From: an uncultured Patescibacteria group bacterium
Lineage (GTDB): Bacteria > Patescibacteriota > Microgenomatia > UBA1400 > PJMF01
Reading direction: 5' to 3'
NCBI GenBank assembly: GCA_905478415.1
Contig: CAJQIG010000001.1
Span: 309,892 to 373,891 of the forward strand
Length of the DNA: 64,000 bases
Positions 19,543-30,044 of this stretch are shown piece by piece. Numbering within the stretch: the first letter of the stretch is position 1; every line of letters starts with the position of its first letter. The position numbers and the translations under genes are program-made. The notes below the pieces were generated by a model. That model saw nothing but the letters and a program-made list of their open reading frames with translations. It did no database searches and was not told the origin of the DNA.

Positions 19543-21168
19543 GTGAAACACTCACTTCTCTCAAAGATCATCAAAGTTGATAAACTCCTTGATCAGCAAT
19601 TCCCACTTTTTATTGCTTTAGTGTTACTCATGCTGTTACGTGTCCCTAATTTCGTTGAACCTTATTGGTACGGAGATGAAGCCATCTATCTGACCATCGG
19701 CCAATCAATGAATAAAGGTGCCATTCTCTATAAAGAAATTATTGATCATAAAACTCCACTTATCTACTTTTTAGCCCAGACGCATACACAAGAAAACTTT
19801 AGAGTGCTCCTTTGGGGTTGGATGTTAGTAACAACTATTGCTTTCTACTACTTTGCCCAAACACTCTTTTCGAATAAGAAATGGCCAACGTTTATTGCAA
19901 CCATCCTATTTGTACTGGCAACCTCGCTACCAACTTTCGAAGGCAATATTCCCAATGGCGAACTCTTTGTGATGGGCTTTGTTTTGGTTGGAATGCTTGT
20001 TTTATCCCAAACTTCATATGCAACCTCATTTCTTCATCCAAAAGCAAAAAAGGTAAAAGACTCTCCTGCCTGGATGTATATTATTTCTGGCTCCTTCCTT
20101 TCCCTTGGGGTCCTCACAAAAGTACCCGCTATTTTTGACGTAGCCGCTGCAGCGGGGTTTGGATTTTTTGAAAGTACTAATGCTCTTCTAGCTGCACAAA
20201 AAAATCGTCTACTTATTCTTAAAAAGAAGTTCGTCAAAATTGTACCGATATGGTTTTTCTTGGGTGTGGGAATTGTACTGCCAATACTTCTCTCGATCGC
20301 TTACTTTGTTAAACTTGACGCTGGTTCAGAGTATCTTCAGTTCGGCCTCATGTATAACTTTAGATATGCTGGCAGTTGGGGACTACCATTCGACAATCCT
20401 ATCTTAGTATTCTTTTTCTCACTACCAGGTAAACTGGTAGCCATGTCTTTCCTAACAATGCTACTAGTAGTAACTAAAAAATACATTTCACCCGCATTTC
20501 AATTTATTCTTTTTTGGTTTGGTCTTTCACTGTTTGCAAGTCTGCTCTCAAACCGCCCCTATCCTCACTACTACCTCCAGATTGCACCAGCACTCTCACT
20601 GCTTGTAGCAGGAACGGTGTATGAAGGCATCAAGATGCTCTTTAAACGCACAGCTCTTCAGAATAAGAATATTTTGGGCCCATTCCTTGCAACGGTGATT
20701 TTCACTGGCTTCGTTGCTATCTTATTTCTACTCAAAGTTCAAAAGTATCCAACAGTTGCCTACTATACATCTTTTATTCAATTGGCTAAAAGAGAAATTT
20801 CTGTTGCAGACTACAACCAACGATTTGACTCACTTATGAGTGATAACTACCGGGTAGTAGAAACAATGAAAGCTTGCCCTGATGACCATCTCTTTATTTG
20901 GGGAACAAATCCAACGCTCTATGCTCTGGCTGATAAAATGCCAACTGGGAGATTTACTGTTTCGTTCCACATAAAAGACTTTAATGCTTATGATGAGACG
21001 TTTAACGACTTCGTTGAAGATAACCCAAACTATGTAGTAGTTATGAATAAAGAAGATGGGGCCTTTCCACAATTCTATCAATATCTCAGAAAAAACTATC
21101 GACCGAGTCAGACTCAATTTGACAATTTTGCTCTCTGGCATAGAATAGAGTGCACAGTCACTAAGTAA
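19543..21168 (+). CDS. GT-C glycosyltransferase (ArnT/PMT-like)
   Basis: GDEAIY..IG, DHKTPLIY, multiple TMs and YPHYY. Confidence 0.8.
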   Translation: MKHSLLSKIIKVDKLLDQQFPLFIALVLLMLLRVPNFVEPYWYGDEAIYLTIGQSMNKGAILYKEIIDHKTPLIYFLAQTHTQENFRVLLWGWMLVTTIAFYYFAQTLFSNKKWPTFIATILFVLATSLPTFEGNIPNGELFVMGFVLVGMLVLSQTSYATSFLHPKAKKVKDSPAWMYIISGSFLSLGVLTKVPAIFDVAAAAGFGFFESTNALLAAQKNRLLILKKKFVKIVPIWFFLGVGIVLPILLSIAYFVKLDAGSEYLQFGLMYNFRYAGSWGLPFDNPILVFFFSLPGKLVAMSFLTMLLVVTKKYISPAFQFILFWFGLSLFASLLSNRPYPHYYLQIAPALSLLVAGTVYEGIKMLFKRTALQNKNILGPFLATVIFTGFVAILFLLKVQKYPTVAYYTSFIQLAKREISVADYNQRFDSLMSDNYRVVETMKACPDDHLFIWGTNPTLYALADKMPTGRFTVSFHIKDFNAYDETFNDFVEDNPNYVVVMNKEDGAFPQFYQYLRKNYRPSQTQFDNFALWHRIECTVTK

Positions 21169-21187
21169 TGAGTGAGAGGTTCTACGT

Positions 21188-21556
21188 TTGATGTCTAAAT
21201 CTACTACAAAAGCGCGAATCCAACTCACGTTACCAACAGAAACAAAAAGACCTACGGCTCTTTCAACTGGACTTATTTTGATCAATATCGCCGCAGCACT
21301 GCTTGGTTACTTCACTACCCAACCTGATATCCCATTATTTTATTCATTGGCACAAAATAATCAGCAACTTGTTGGTAAAGAATATATCTTTATCTTGCCG
21401 ATCTTAGCAATTGTTTTTGGTATTATGAATATGCTGATTATTACCATACTCAAAAAGTACGATAAATTACTGCTGACTCTTTTTTCTTGGGTAACAACAA
21501 TCTTTCAAGCCTTACTCACCTTTGCGCTTTTAAGAATACTTTTTATAGTTTCATAA
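21188..21556 (+). CDS. Small membrane protein (DUF1648-like)
   Basis: P.IPLFYS motif with three TM segments. Confidence 0.65.
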   Translation: MMSKSTTKARIQLTLPTETKRPTALSTGLILINIAAALLGYFTTQPDIPLFYSLAQNNQQLVGKEYIFILPILAIVFGIMNMLIITILKKYDKLLLTLFSWVTTIFQALLTFALLRILFIVS

Positions 21557-21558
21557 CT

Positions 21559-22614
21559 ATGTGGGCATTTTTCCTCTCTTTCATCATTGCATCAAGTACT
21601 GCTCCTCTAGTAATTTGGTTGTATAAAAAAAACAACTGGCTTGATAATCCTGAGACAGACACCCACATTAAAAAAACCCACACGAAACCAGTGCCAAGAG
21701 GAGGTGGGCTGGTTATCTTTTCTGCATTTCTCATAAGCTCACTACTTTTACTCCAGATTGATAAACACTTACTTGCTATTATCATCGCAGCTGCTCTACT
21801 AACAATTGTTGGTTTTCTCGATGACATTTGGGATATCAGCCCCAAAATTAGACTGGTAACTGGACTGCTCGCAGCTGGCATTGTGGTAGCCTCAGGGATT
21901 GGTATTGCCTACATAACAAACCCCTTTGGACCAGGAGTAATTCACCTCAACCAACCACAACTTGCGTTTGAACTCTTAGGAAAAGTCAGAACTATTTGGA
22001 TAGTAGCAGACATTTTCGCTCTCTTTTTCATTCTCTGGAATATGAATAGTGTTAACTGGTCAAAAGGAGTCGATGGCCAACTACCTAGTTTTGTAACGGT
22101 AGGCATGATTGTCATTGGTATTTTTTCCAGCAGGTTTGTCGATGACCCAACTCTTTTCCATACCACTACTTTTTCATTTATCGTCGCTGGAGCCTTTGCA
22201 GGCTTGCTCCTTTGGAATTGGTATCCTCAAAAAATGATGCCAGGCTATGGAGCAGGTTCACTAGCTGGCTTCTTTTTAGGTGTCACGGCTATTATAAGTG
22301 GCGCTAAGGTAGCTACTATTGTGTTAGTGCTTGGAATTCCGACCGCTGACGCCCTTTTTACAATCCTGAGAAGATTGGCTGAGAGAAAATCACCACTTTG
22401 GGGAGATAGGGGTCATCTCCATCACATTTTACTGGATAACTACAACTTTACACAAAGACATATTTCCCTTTTCTACCTTACCAGTAGTCTTGTCTTGGGG
22501 GGAGTTGCTCTGTATTTGAATACTACCCAAAAATTGATTACAATGGCAGTAATCTTCGTGTTTGTATTCGGGCTTCATAGTATTACTCGTGTACGCAAAC
22601 AGAAAAAAAGGTAG
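21559..22614 (+). CDS. WecA/TagO (MraY-like, Glycos_transf_4) polyprenyl-phosphate GlcNAc-1-P transferase
   Basis: PVPRGGG, GFLDD, NWSKGVDG and DRGHLHH; start at ATG 21559. Confidence 0.9.
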   Translation: MWAFFLSFIIASSTAPLVIWLYKKNNWLDNPETDTHIKKTHTKPVPRGGGLVIFSAFLISSLLLLQIDKHLLAIIIAAALLTIVGFLDDIWDISPKIRLVTGLLAAGIVVASGIGIAYITNPFGPGVIHLNQPQLAFELLGKVRTIWIVADIFALFFILWNMNSVNWSKGVDGQLPSFVTVGMIVIGIFSSRFVDDPTLFHTTTFSFIVAGAFAGLLLWNWYPQKMMPGYGAGSLAGFFLGVTAIISGAKVATIVLVLGIPTADALFTILRRLAERKSPLWGDRGHLHHILLDNYNFTQRHISLFYLTSSLVLGGVALYLNTTQKLITMAVIFVFVFGLHSITRVRKQKKR

Positions 22615-22619
22615 ACGAT

Positions 22620-23573
22620 ATGTCACTACTACTTGGAATCATTAAAACCGCCCGCCCACAACAATGGATTAAAAACCTTGCCCTGTATGCAGCCCTTATT
22701 TTTTCTGGTTTCTTCTTCTATGTACCAGTCGATGCGCCTGCCTATTTTTGGACTGTTTCATATGCCTTCGTGACCTTTTGTGTGCTCACTTCAAGCATCT
22801 ACTTCATCAATGACCTCTTTGATTATGAAGCTGATAAAAAGCATCCCTTTAAGAAAAAACGACCAATCCCTTCAGGGGTTGTCTCAAAAAAACTAGCCAT
22901 GTTGATAGCCGCTACAGGGCTAGTGATTACCTTTCTACTTTCACTTAAATTGACTCTCTTCTTTCAACTATTAGTCTTAGGATATGCGGTACTCCAATTC
23001 TGGTACTCAAAACAACTCAAGCACATTCCCATCCTTGATATCAGTACCATTGCTACCGGCTTCTTGATTAGAATTTACGCTGGATCAGTTGTGGTTAATC
23101 TCCATATGAGTGTCTGGTTTCTGCTCACTGTTATCTCAGCTTCACTCTTTTTAGCAGTTGGAAAACGTCAGAGCGAGCGCACACTGCTCCAAGCAAATGG
23201 GGGCAGTTCAGTTGGTGAAACTCGAAAAATTCTTACTCGATACTCACAGCGGTTACTTGACCAATACACAGCAATGTTTGCAATGGCAACCTGGCTTACC
23301 TATGCCCTTTTTGCCTTTCAAAACGAAATTAGCACACCAGAGTCATTTTTTGCTGATGTATACACGCTCTTACCAAAAGCGTTACATTCTCAAAAACTCC
23401 TGATGCTTTCGGTCCCTTTCGTTATTTTTGGAGTCATGAGATATCTACAACTCATTTATGAGAGCAATAAGGGTGAATCTCCAGAAAAAGTACTCCTACA
23501 AGATAAACCACTTAAAATTACAGTGCTTCTCTTCGGGGTTCTAGTAATGATCATTATTTACCTTCTCACCTAG
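22620..23573 (+). CDS. UbiA family, decaprenyl-phosphate phosphoribosyltransferase-like
   Basis: RPQQWIKN, YFINDLFD..ADK.HP.K..RP, GKR..E and GESPE. Confidence 0.88.
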   Translation: MSLLLGIIKTARPQQWIKNLALYAALIFSGFFFYVPVDAPAYFWTVSYAFVTFCVLTSSIYFINDLFDYEADKKHPFKKKRPIPSGVVSKKLAMLIAATGLVITFLLSLKLTLFFQLLVLGYAVLQFWYSKQLKHIPILDISTIATGFLIRIYAGSVVVNLHMSVWFLLTVISASLFLAVGKRQSERTLLQANGGSSVGETRKILTRYSQRLLDQYTAMFAMATWLTYALFAFQNEISTPESFFADVYTLLPKALHSQKLLMLSVPFVIFGVMRYLQLIYESNKGESPEKVLLQDKPLKITVLLFGVLVMIIIYLLT

Positions 23574-23583
23574 ATAACTCACT

Positions 23584-24990
23584 ATGACAACAGATTCTTG
23601 GATTAAAAAGTACTATGGCTCTCTCTTGCTTGGTATTCTTTTTTTCTCATTTGTAACTCGAATATATAACCTTCACATTCCAGAACGATATATCTTTGAC
23701 GAAGTGTATCATGCAGTAACTGCCAAACTTATTGCTCAAAATGACCCTAGAGCGTTTGAATGGTGGAACCCACCTCCAGAAAAAGATACAGCTGTCGACT
23801 GGCTGCACCCCCCACTTGCAAAATATACTCAAGCGCTAGCGATGAATTTTTTTGGAGAAAATTCGTTTGGCTGGAGAATAAGTTCCGCTTTTTTTGGTGT
23901 ACTAGTTATTTTTCTGATTGCAAAACTCTCCTTATCCCTTACCAAGGATTACACCATTAGTATTTTAGCCACACTCTTTGCCGCACTTGAAGGGTTGCTT
24001 CTTGTCATGTCCCGGATCGCCATGAATGATATCCATGTTACCTTTGCCATCTTACTGACTCTGCTCCTGTACCTTAAAACAAAGCCGTTCAGTGTTAAAA
24101 AAGATCTGAGTCACCCTATTGGGTGGTATGTGCTCACTGGACTGAGTGCTGGTGTAGCAATTGCTTCAAAATGGTCAGGTATCTTTGTACTCGGCATCAT
24201 CTTCTTCTACGAATTACTTCAAATTGCTGAACAACTCTACCATACAATTGAAACAAAAAAGAGAAAAATACAAAAAAAATATTTCGTTGAAGCTCTAGCT
24301 CAACTCGGACTTGTTATGGTCGCACTCATCGTTGTGCCCAGCATAGTATATATTGCCAGCTATACCCAAATGTTTTTACAAGGTAAGGATTTTACTCACT
24401 TTATCGAACTTCATAAACAAATCTGGTGGTATCAAAGCGGGTTGACCGCTACCCACACCTACCAATCAACACCACTCGAATGGGTTATCAATAAACGGCC
24501 TGTTTGGATGCACGTTACCTATACCGAAACTGGTGAACGAGGAGACATCTATGCGCACGGAAACTCAATAGTTTTACTTGCTGGTTTACTCGCAGTACTT
24601 TTTTATAGTTTTTCACTTCTCAAAAAACTTTTAAATAGCCCTGATTCAAAACAACCATTTGCCGCTGTTCTCGCCACATTCAGAACTCCCATTGCGTTCA
24701 CAGTACTCAGTTACTTTACTATGTGGATTATCTGGATCAGATCACCCCGGATTATGTTCTTCTACCATTACACACCAGCCATTCCATTTCTGGTTATTAT
24801 TTTAAGCATTTTTCTGAAAAAGGTGTTTGATTTGCCCGAAAAATACCAGCCACTAGCTCAAGCAACAGTGATAACAACCATCATTCTATCGCTTATCTAC
24901 TTTATCGTTTTCTTGCCACACTGGCTGGGAATTCCGCTTCCCATCAAGTTTGTAGATAGTGTCTTCTTCTTTTTTGAGAGCTGGAAATAA
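23584..24990 (+). CDS. Protein O-mannosyltransferase (PMT, GT39)
   Basis: IFDEVYH, HPPLAK, FGWR, SRIAMND, KWSG, H.YQS.P..W and FFYHY.P. Confidence 0.9.
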   Translation: MTTDSWIKKYYGSLLLGILFFSFVTRIYNLHIPERYIFDEVYHAVTAKLIAQNDPRAFEWWNPPPEKDTAVDWLHPPLAKYTQALAMNFFGENSFGWRISSAFFGVLVIFLIAKLSLSLTKDYTISILATLFAALEGLLLVMSRIAMNDIHVTFAILLTLLLYLKTKPFSVKKDLSHPIGWYVLTGLSAGVAIASKWSGIFVLGIIFFYELLQIAEQLYHTIETKKRKIQKKYFVEALAQLGLVMVALIVVPSIVYIASYTQMFLQGKDFTHFIELHKQIWWYQSGLTATHTYQSTPLEWVINKRPVWMHVTYTETGERGDIYAHGNSIVLLAGLLAVLFYSFSLLKKLLNSPDSKQPFAAVLATFRTPIAFTVLSYFTMWIIWIRSPRIMFFYHYTPAIPFLVIILSIFLKKVFDLPEKYQPLAQATVITTIILSLIYFIVFLPHWLGIPLPIKFVDSVFFFFESWK

Positions 24991-25042
24991 TAGAGCTTTT
25001 AGTCTTGTGTGAGGTATAGGGAAGTACTGACTAGCTAGCTAC

Positions 25043-28000
25043 TCAATCATCTGAGGAATAAACAAGAGCATCAAGGAAGCTCAAGCTTTTAATCTCACGC
25101 ATGACTTCAATAATCAGTTTTTTGAGTTCAGCAACTTCTTCTCTTGAAATAGTAAAGCTACGAGAAACTATTTTGCCTGTTTTTGTTGGCTCAACAAATT
25201 CAAATACTGTTTCAGCCACAGAGTACGGAAAACTGGAGTCAAGTTCGGCGAGCAATACATAAAAAACGAGCTGACGTTTATAGGCACCTCGAATTGATTC
25301 AGGCAATCCCTGCTCTCGTTCTGAGAGAAAACTCAAGCTTGTCTGAGTAGTAGCTTCAATCACATTTGCACTTTTAGCTGTGCCTGTTTTGTAATCAATC
25401 AAACGGACCTTTTTGGTGACTGGGTCTATCAAGTCAATGCGATCTAATCGTCCACTTAAAGGAATTTGGTGTTCTCCATCAAATAAAAGAGTTTTGCTAA
25501 AGGTGCCACCAAAAAATCGTTCTGTAAACAATGGCTTTTTAATTGAAGGGGCATATGTTTCATAATACACAGCTAAAGCCTCTGTGCCTTTTTTAGACCA
25601 ATCTGCATAGTCCTTTTCCAAAAGTACTTCTTTTGCTAAAGCTGTAGTGAAACTAGTTTGCAGGGCACTGAGTGACATCCCTCCATCTGCAGCACTGCTA
25701 TAAAAATCTTCGAGGGCCTTATGCATCGCCGTTCCAAAACTTAAGTGAGCTAGCTTGGCTCTGGGAATTTTAAGTAGCGAGTTATAGATAAACTCTTTGG
25801 GATCTTTTAGGTAGGTGTTTAAAGCAGTTACTGATAAAGTAAAGTCTTCAACCAACGAAGCAAAGAACTCTTTCTCTTGAGCAGTCACATCAACGTTTGC
25901 TGTACTCGGAACTGAGGTGAGAAGGCGAGTTTCAACTGTTTGAGCTAACAACTGGAGTGTTGACTCACTCTCAGTTAGTAAGCTATCACCAATTTCTTCC
26001 AGGAACATACTTCCTACAAAATTTCTAACTACTTTTCCTTCAACCAAAGACTTTGGATAGCTGAGTAAAGTTCCCTTTTTTGCTCGAGTAATGGCTACAT
26101 AAAACAAGCGACGATCTTCTTCATTTTTTTCCAATTTTGAAACATCAACATGAGAAAGAATACCATTAGGAAGTGCTAGTAACTCACGGGAGACAGTATT
26201 GCCCCACTTTTTATCGACTAATCGCATCACAAATACATACTCCCACTCACGCCCTTTGGCTTTGTGAATACTTGAAAGAGTCACCTTGTTTTGAGTCGTC
26301 GCCGGCTGTTGCGTTTTGAAAACCAGCCCATGTTCGGTCATTGTTTGTAAAGCTAACAAAAAATCTGAAAGTCCAAATTGTTTTGAAACTTGCAACCATT
26401 TTTTTATTTCGTTAAAAAGAGTTTGCACGGCTAACAGATGTTCTTTGGCACCTGCTTTTTCAACCAACCAAGAAAATAGTCCCAAACCATTTTCATCGGC
26501 AATAAGTGTCTCAAACCAAGTAGTAAATAAGACGTTTTTTTCTAGAGCAGCTAATGACTCAAGCTTTATTTTAAAAGACTGTAACTGTGTAAAGCCATCA
26601 ACATCAAGTGAAAAATCAGGCGTCAAAGTATCGACATCTCTCTCAAGAACCGTTGCGAAAGTAACTCGTAGTTTACTTGCAATTCGAGCCGTTTGAAACA
26701 CAGCCAACCGTGGCAACTTCAGCCAATCCAGTAAAAAGACTTCAAACAGCAAACCGCTCTCTTCTGTCTCTCCCAGATTCTTAATCACCTGCATAACCTG
26801 TAGTAACTGTTGAATATAGACGTCATCCAAAACATTATTAGAATTATCTGTCTCAAAAGGAATAGCTGCTTCTAAAAGTAGGTCTTGTAGCTCGTAGGCG
26901 TCAGCATGGTTTTTATAGAGCACTGCAATTTCCTGTGGCTCAACCCCACTATCTAGTAAGCGTGAAATCTCTGTAGCTATGTAGTTATTTTCCAGTACCA
27001 CTGTAGCTGCTGGCACCAACTTAAGCTGATCTTGCTGCTTTGATTTTTGCGTTTGGGCTGACTGTAAGCACGTTGTCAGGGCAGTCCTCAGCACCTCGTC
27101 ATGTTCTGGCAAAAATGAGCCTGCTGACGTTTGCAAAGATACGGTATTTTTAACAATGGTCTGGTGAGCAGCGTCATAGAGTTTTTGTGGACACCTATAG
27201 CCTGTTTTGAGTGTGATTACCGTGGCTGTTGGGTATCTTTCAAGAAACCCAAGCATGTTTTCGACAGAAGCTCCTTGAAACCGAAAAATTGACTGATGTG
27301 GGTCACCAACTACAAACAGATTTGCTTGTTCTCCCCACCAACTAGCCAAGTGATCAACAATGGTATTTTGAGCGGTATTGGTATCTTGATACTCATCGAC
27401 CAAAATATATTGAAGTTTTTCTTGATACTCTAATAATAACTCCTCGTGTTCCGAAAAAGCAGTGGTCACAAACGTAATCATGTCGTCAAAGTCATATCGG
27501 TTACGCTGTTGCAGCTGAGCCTGATACTTTACATATAACGTTAACAACTCTTTCTGCTTAGCAAGATTTTTTTCTCGTTTTGTCAGCTGTGTTTTTTTGA
27601 GGTCATTCCGTTCTTGCTCTAAAACTTCCGACTCTACTCTAAGAATTTCCTCAAACTCAGTAGGAGAAACACCCTCACGCTTAAGGTTTGATATTTGAGA
27701 CTGCACTGTTCGCAAGTAGTACAACGGTCTACTTAATGGCTTGAGCACCGTAAGGTTTGAAGAACTCAGTAGCTCTTCAAACAACTCGTATTTTTCTAAA
27801 TCTGAAAGTGGTTGACTAGTGATATCGAGATCAAAGTATTCTGGATGCTCAGTAATAACTTCACTACAAAATGAGTGAAAGGTAGTAATGGCCACATGGT
27901 AGCCAGCTGTACCCATCATCTGTACCAATCGCTCACGCATATTTTTAGCAGCAGCATCAGTAAAGGTCAGTGCCAAAATATTTGAAGGCTCTATGTCCTG

Positions 28001-28159
28001 TTGCTCTAAGATGTGCGCAATGCGGCAAGCTAGTACATGCGTCTTGCCAGTACCAGGACCTGCAATCACCATGACAGGACCTTCGGTGGTAGTCACCGCT
28101 CGTCTCTGCTCTGGATTGAGCATCTGGAACGTCTCTTTAAAAGAGAGTTTGGGCTTCAT
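25043..28159 (-). CDS. UvrD/Rep-family helicase with C-terminal PD-(D/E)xK nuclease
   Basis: AGPGTGKT, VDEYQD, GDPHQSIFRFQGA, EDRRLFYVAITRAK; C-terminal GRLDRID...IDYKTG...QL.FY. Confidence 0.93.
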   Translation of the reverse strand: MKPKLSFKETFQMLNPEQRRAVTTTEGPVMVIAGPGTGKTHVLACRIAHILEQQDIEPSNILALTFTDAAAKNMRERLVQMMGTAGYHVAITTFHSFCSEVITEHPEYFDLDITSQPLSDLEKYELFEELLSSSNLTVLKPLSRPLYYLRTVQSQISNLKREGVSPTEFEEILRVESEVLEQERNDLKKTQLTKREKNLAKQKELLTLYVKYQAQLQQRNRYDFDDMITFVTTAFSEHEELLLEYQEKLQYILVDEYQDTNTAQNTIVDHLASWWGEQANLFVVGDPHQSIFRFQGASVENMLGFLERYPTATVITLKTGYRCPQKLYDAAHQTIVKNTVSLQTSAGSFLPEHDEVLRTALTTCLQSAQTQKSKQQDQLKLVPAATVVLENNYIATEISRLLDSGVEPQEIAVLYKNHADAYELQDLLLEAAIPFETDNSNNVLDDVYIQQLLQVMQVIKNLGETEESGLLFEVFLLDWLKLPRLAVFQTARIASKLRVTFATVLERDVDTLTPDFSLDVDGFTQLQSFKIKLESLAALEKNVLFTTWFETLIADENGLGLFSWLVEKAGAKEHLLAVQTLFNEIKKWLQVSKQFGLSDFLLALQTMTEHGLVFKTQQPATTQNKVTLSSIHKAKGREWEYVFVMRLVDKKWGNTVSRELLALPNGILSHVDVSKLEKNEEDRRLFYVAITRAKKGTLLSYPKSLVEGKVVRNFVGSMFLEEIGDSLLTESESTLQLLAQTVETRLLTSVPSTANVDVTAQEKEFFASLVEDFTLSVTALNTYLKDPKEFIYNSLLKIPRAKLAHLSFGTAMHKALEDFYSSAADGGMSLSALQTSFTTALAKEVLLEKDYADWSKKGTEALAVYYETYAPSIKKPLFTERFFGGTFSKTLLFDGEHQIPLSGRLDRIDLIDPVTKKVRLIDYKTGTAKSANVIEATTQTSLSFLSEREQGLPESIRGAYKRQLVFYVLLAELDSSFPYSVAETVFEFVEPTKTGKIVSRSFTISREEVAELKKLIIEVMREIKSLSFLDALVYSSDD

Positions 28160-29369
28160 CTTTTGGTGTTTCTAAAGAAGCGGTTTCTTCTTCATTTAGT
28201 TTGGATTCGGGTAATTCTAAATGCTGGATTGTAGGGAGTGCACCACCAATAATACCTTGCAAATCTCCGTACAGTGCTGAGGTGCTCATAACCACTGTTT
28301 CAAGTTCTTTTTCGCGCTTATTCCAAATACGTTGGAATGAACGCTTCTCTGTTTCTAAGTCTTGCTTCATATTCATGAACGCCATAACAATGTTTTCAAT
28401 TCTATTTTTGAACTGCGAACCACTCAAGTAACCAAACAGAACTTCCATTTTTTCATCTCGACCAACGAGTGACTGTTTGACTTTTGAAAGCTCAATAATA
28501 TGCATTCTTAGTGCCGAAGCTAGTGGCACCACATGAGTATGACCAACAACCCACACACCATTTTTAAGACCAAAACCTTTGATATCATCAGGAAGTGCTT
28601 GTGAAACTAAAATGGCTACATCAGCTTTGACAATACCTTGATCCCCCTTCAGTTTAGAAATCCATTTTTCGCTAAAGGCTTTGGTGTTTTTTGATTCCCA
28701 CAATATTGTTCCTGCTTTGGCACCAATTTGAGCATTAACGTTTTGAATGAGATCTGCTCCTTTCACGCCTTGAGGAACATCAGTAACCTCATCTTTCATA
28801 AAAGTAGATGAAAGTAGTTCTTTGAGCTGATCTTCCTGGACTTCACCTTGAATCTGCATGGAACCCTGTTCTGCTTTTCGCTTCAGATCATCAATTTGCT
28901 TACGCATAATTTCAAGTTGTTTATCTTTTTCTTGAAGTTTGAGTCCCTGCTGTTCTGCTTCTGATTTTTTTGTTTGTTCGATAATTTTGGCGCGCTCTTC
29001 GTCGATTTTGCGAGTCATCTCTAACTCAATCTTTTTTTCTCTCTCTTCAAGATCTCTGGATTTTTTTCTTAACTCCAACTCTATTTTTTCTGATTCTTCA
29101 AGCTTTTTTGAATTTTCTTTAAGTTGTTCTTGTAGATCTTTTAGCTCTTTGTGTTGTTTTTCAGCAGCCTTCTCTTGGGCAACTTGCCAAAGGCGTTTCT
29201 TTTCTTTGACTGCCTTTTCTTCAAGTTCCGCGCGGAGTTTTTCTTCAAATATAATCTTTTGTTTTTCCAATTGGTGTTTGAGTTTGTGTCCTACTTGCTC
29301 TGAAAGTGCTTTCGTTAACGGAATTTGTGCTCCACAATCGGGGCAAGTAATAGTTTGATCTTCTGGCAT
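28137..29369 (-). CDS. DUF2130 domain protein
   Basis: N-terminal CPDC, long coiled coil, GSMQIQGEVQE, KGAD and ILWESKNTK. Confidence 0.88.
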   Translation of the reverse strand: MPEDQTITCPDCGAQIPLTKALSEQVGHKLKHQLEKQKIIFEEKLRAELEEKAVKEKKRLWQVAQEKAAEKQHKELKDLQEQLKENSKKLEESEKIELELRKKSRDLEEREKKIELEMTRKIDEERAKIIEQTKKSEAEQQGLKLQEKDKQLEIMRKQIDDLKRKAEQGSMQIQGEVQEDQLKELLSSTFMKDEVTDVPQGVKGADLIQNVNAQIGAKAGTILWESKNTKAFSEKWISKLKGDQGIVKADVAILVSQALPDDIKGFGLKNGVWVVGHTHVVPLASALRMHIIELSKVKQSLVGRDEKMEVLFGYLSGSQFKNRIENIVMAFMNMKQDLETEKRSFQRIWNKREKELETVVMSTSALYGDLQGIIGGALPTIQHLELPESKLNEEETASLETPKDEAQTLF

Positions 29370-29383
29370 TTGGTCGGACTTTC

Positions 29384-29641
29384 TTATGAATGTTCTTCTG
29401 TATCGCGTGTTTGGAGTCGAGAAATACTGCGATCAACTTGAGCTCTCTTTATACCAACCATATCCTTGACAGTACCTTCAGAAGCAAACTCCGCTCTGAC
29501 AAGTTTTTTTCGCTCTGTCTGAGCTTTCTGCAACCGGGAATTCATCTCTTCCGCTCGTCGCTGTCCAAATGACGAGGGAGCAGCACTTCGCTCAGCAGAA
29601 GAATCAGATTTTTTAACGGGGGTTGGACGTAAAAATTTCAT
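29384..29641 (-). CDS. Hypothetical protein
   Basis: 85 aa ORF with TGcTATACT -10 just upstream. Confidence 0.55.
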   Translation of the reverse strand: MKFLRPTPVKKSDSSAERSAAPSSFGQRRAEEMNSRLQKAQTERKKLVRAEFASEGTVKDMVGIKRAQVDRSISRLQTRDTEEHS

Positions 29642-29674
29642 CGTGCACTTAGTATAGCAAAGAAGGTGAAATTT

Positions 29675-29699
29675 TGGCGGCGCGACTTGCGCGCCGCCA
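29675..29699. terminator. GC-rich hairpin, probable terminator of the 29722-29931 gene
   Basis: tggcggcgcg-acttg-cgcgccgcca perfect 10 bp stem; weak U-tract. Confidence 0.55.
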
Positions 29700-29721
29700 T
29701 TCTTATAATAATCTCAAAACG

Positions 29722-29931
29722 TTACTGAGAGCGCATCTGCTGAACCCGGGCATTCGGGTCAGATGCACTTCCGGTTGGCTCCAAAGGAAACCCTTCTGAC
29801 CAACCAAAACGAAAATTCACAACAGCCATGGGCAAAGAAACTACGTTTCTTATCAGTCTCCAGGCCCAAAAACCAGTTTTAACTTCTCTTGCTTCCCACC
29901 GTCGTATCACCGTTGGGTTTTTTGTAACCAT
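29722..29931 (-). CDS. Small hypothetical protein
   Basis: AGGAGG RBS and TATAAT upstream. Confidence 0.65.
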   Translation of the reverse strand: MVTKNPTVIRRWEAREVKTGFWAWRLIRNVVSLPMAVVNFRFGWSEGFPLEPTGSASDPNARVQQMRSQ

Positions 29932-30044
29932 TTAGTAAGATCCTCCTAGTTGATGAGATTTTTAAAGAAGTCGTTATTATACCCAATCAGTTTAAATAGA
30001 TACAGCAGGAAAAAAACAGCCAATGTGATATAGTATGTCATACT

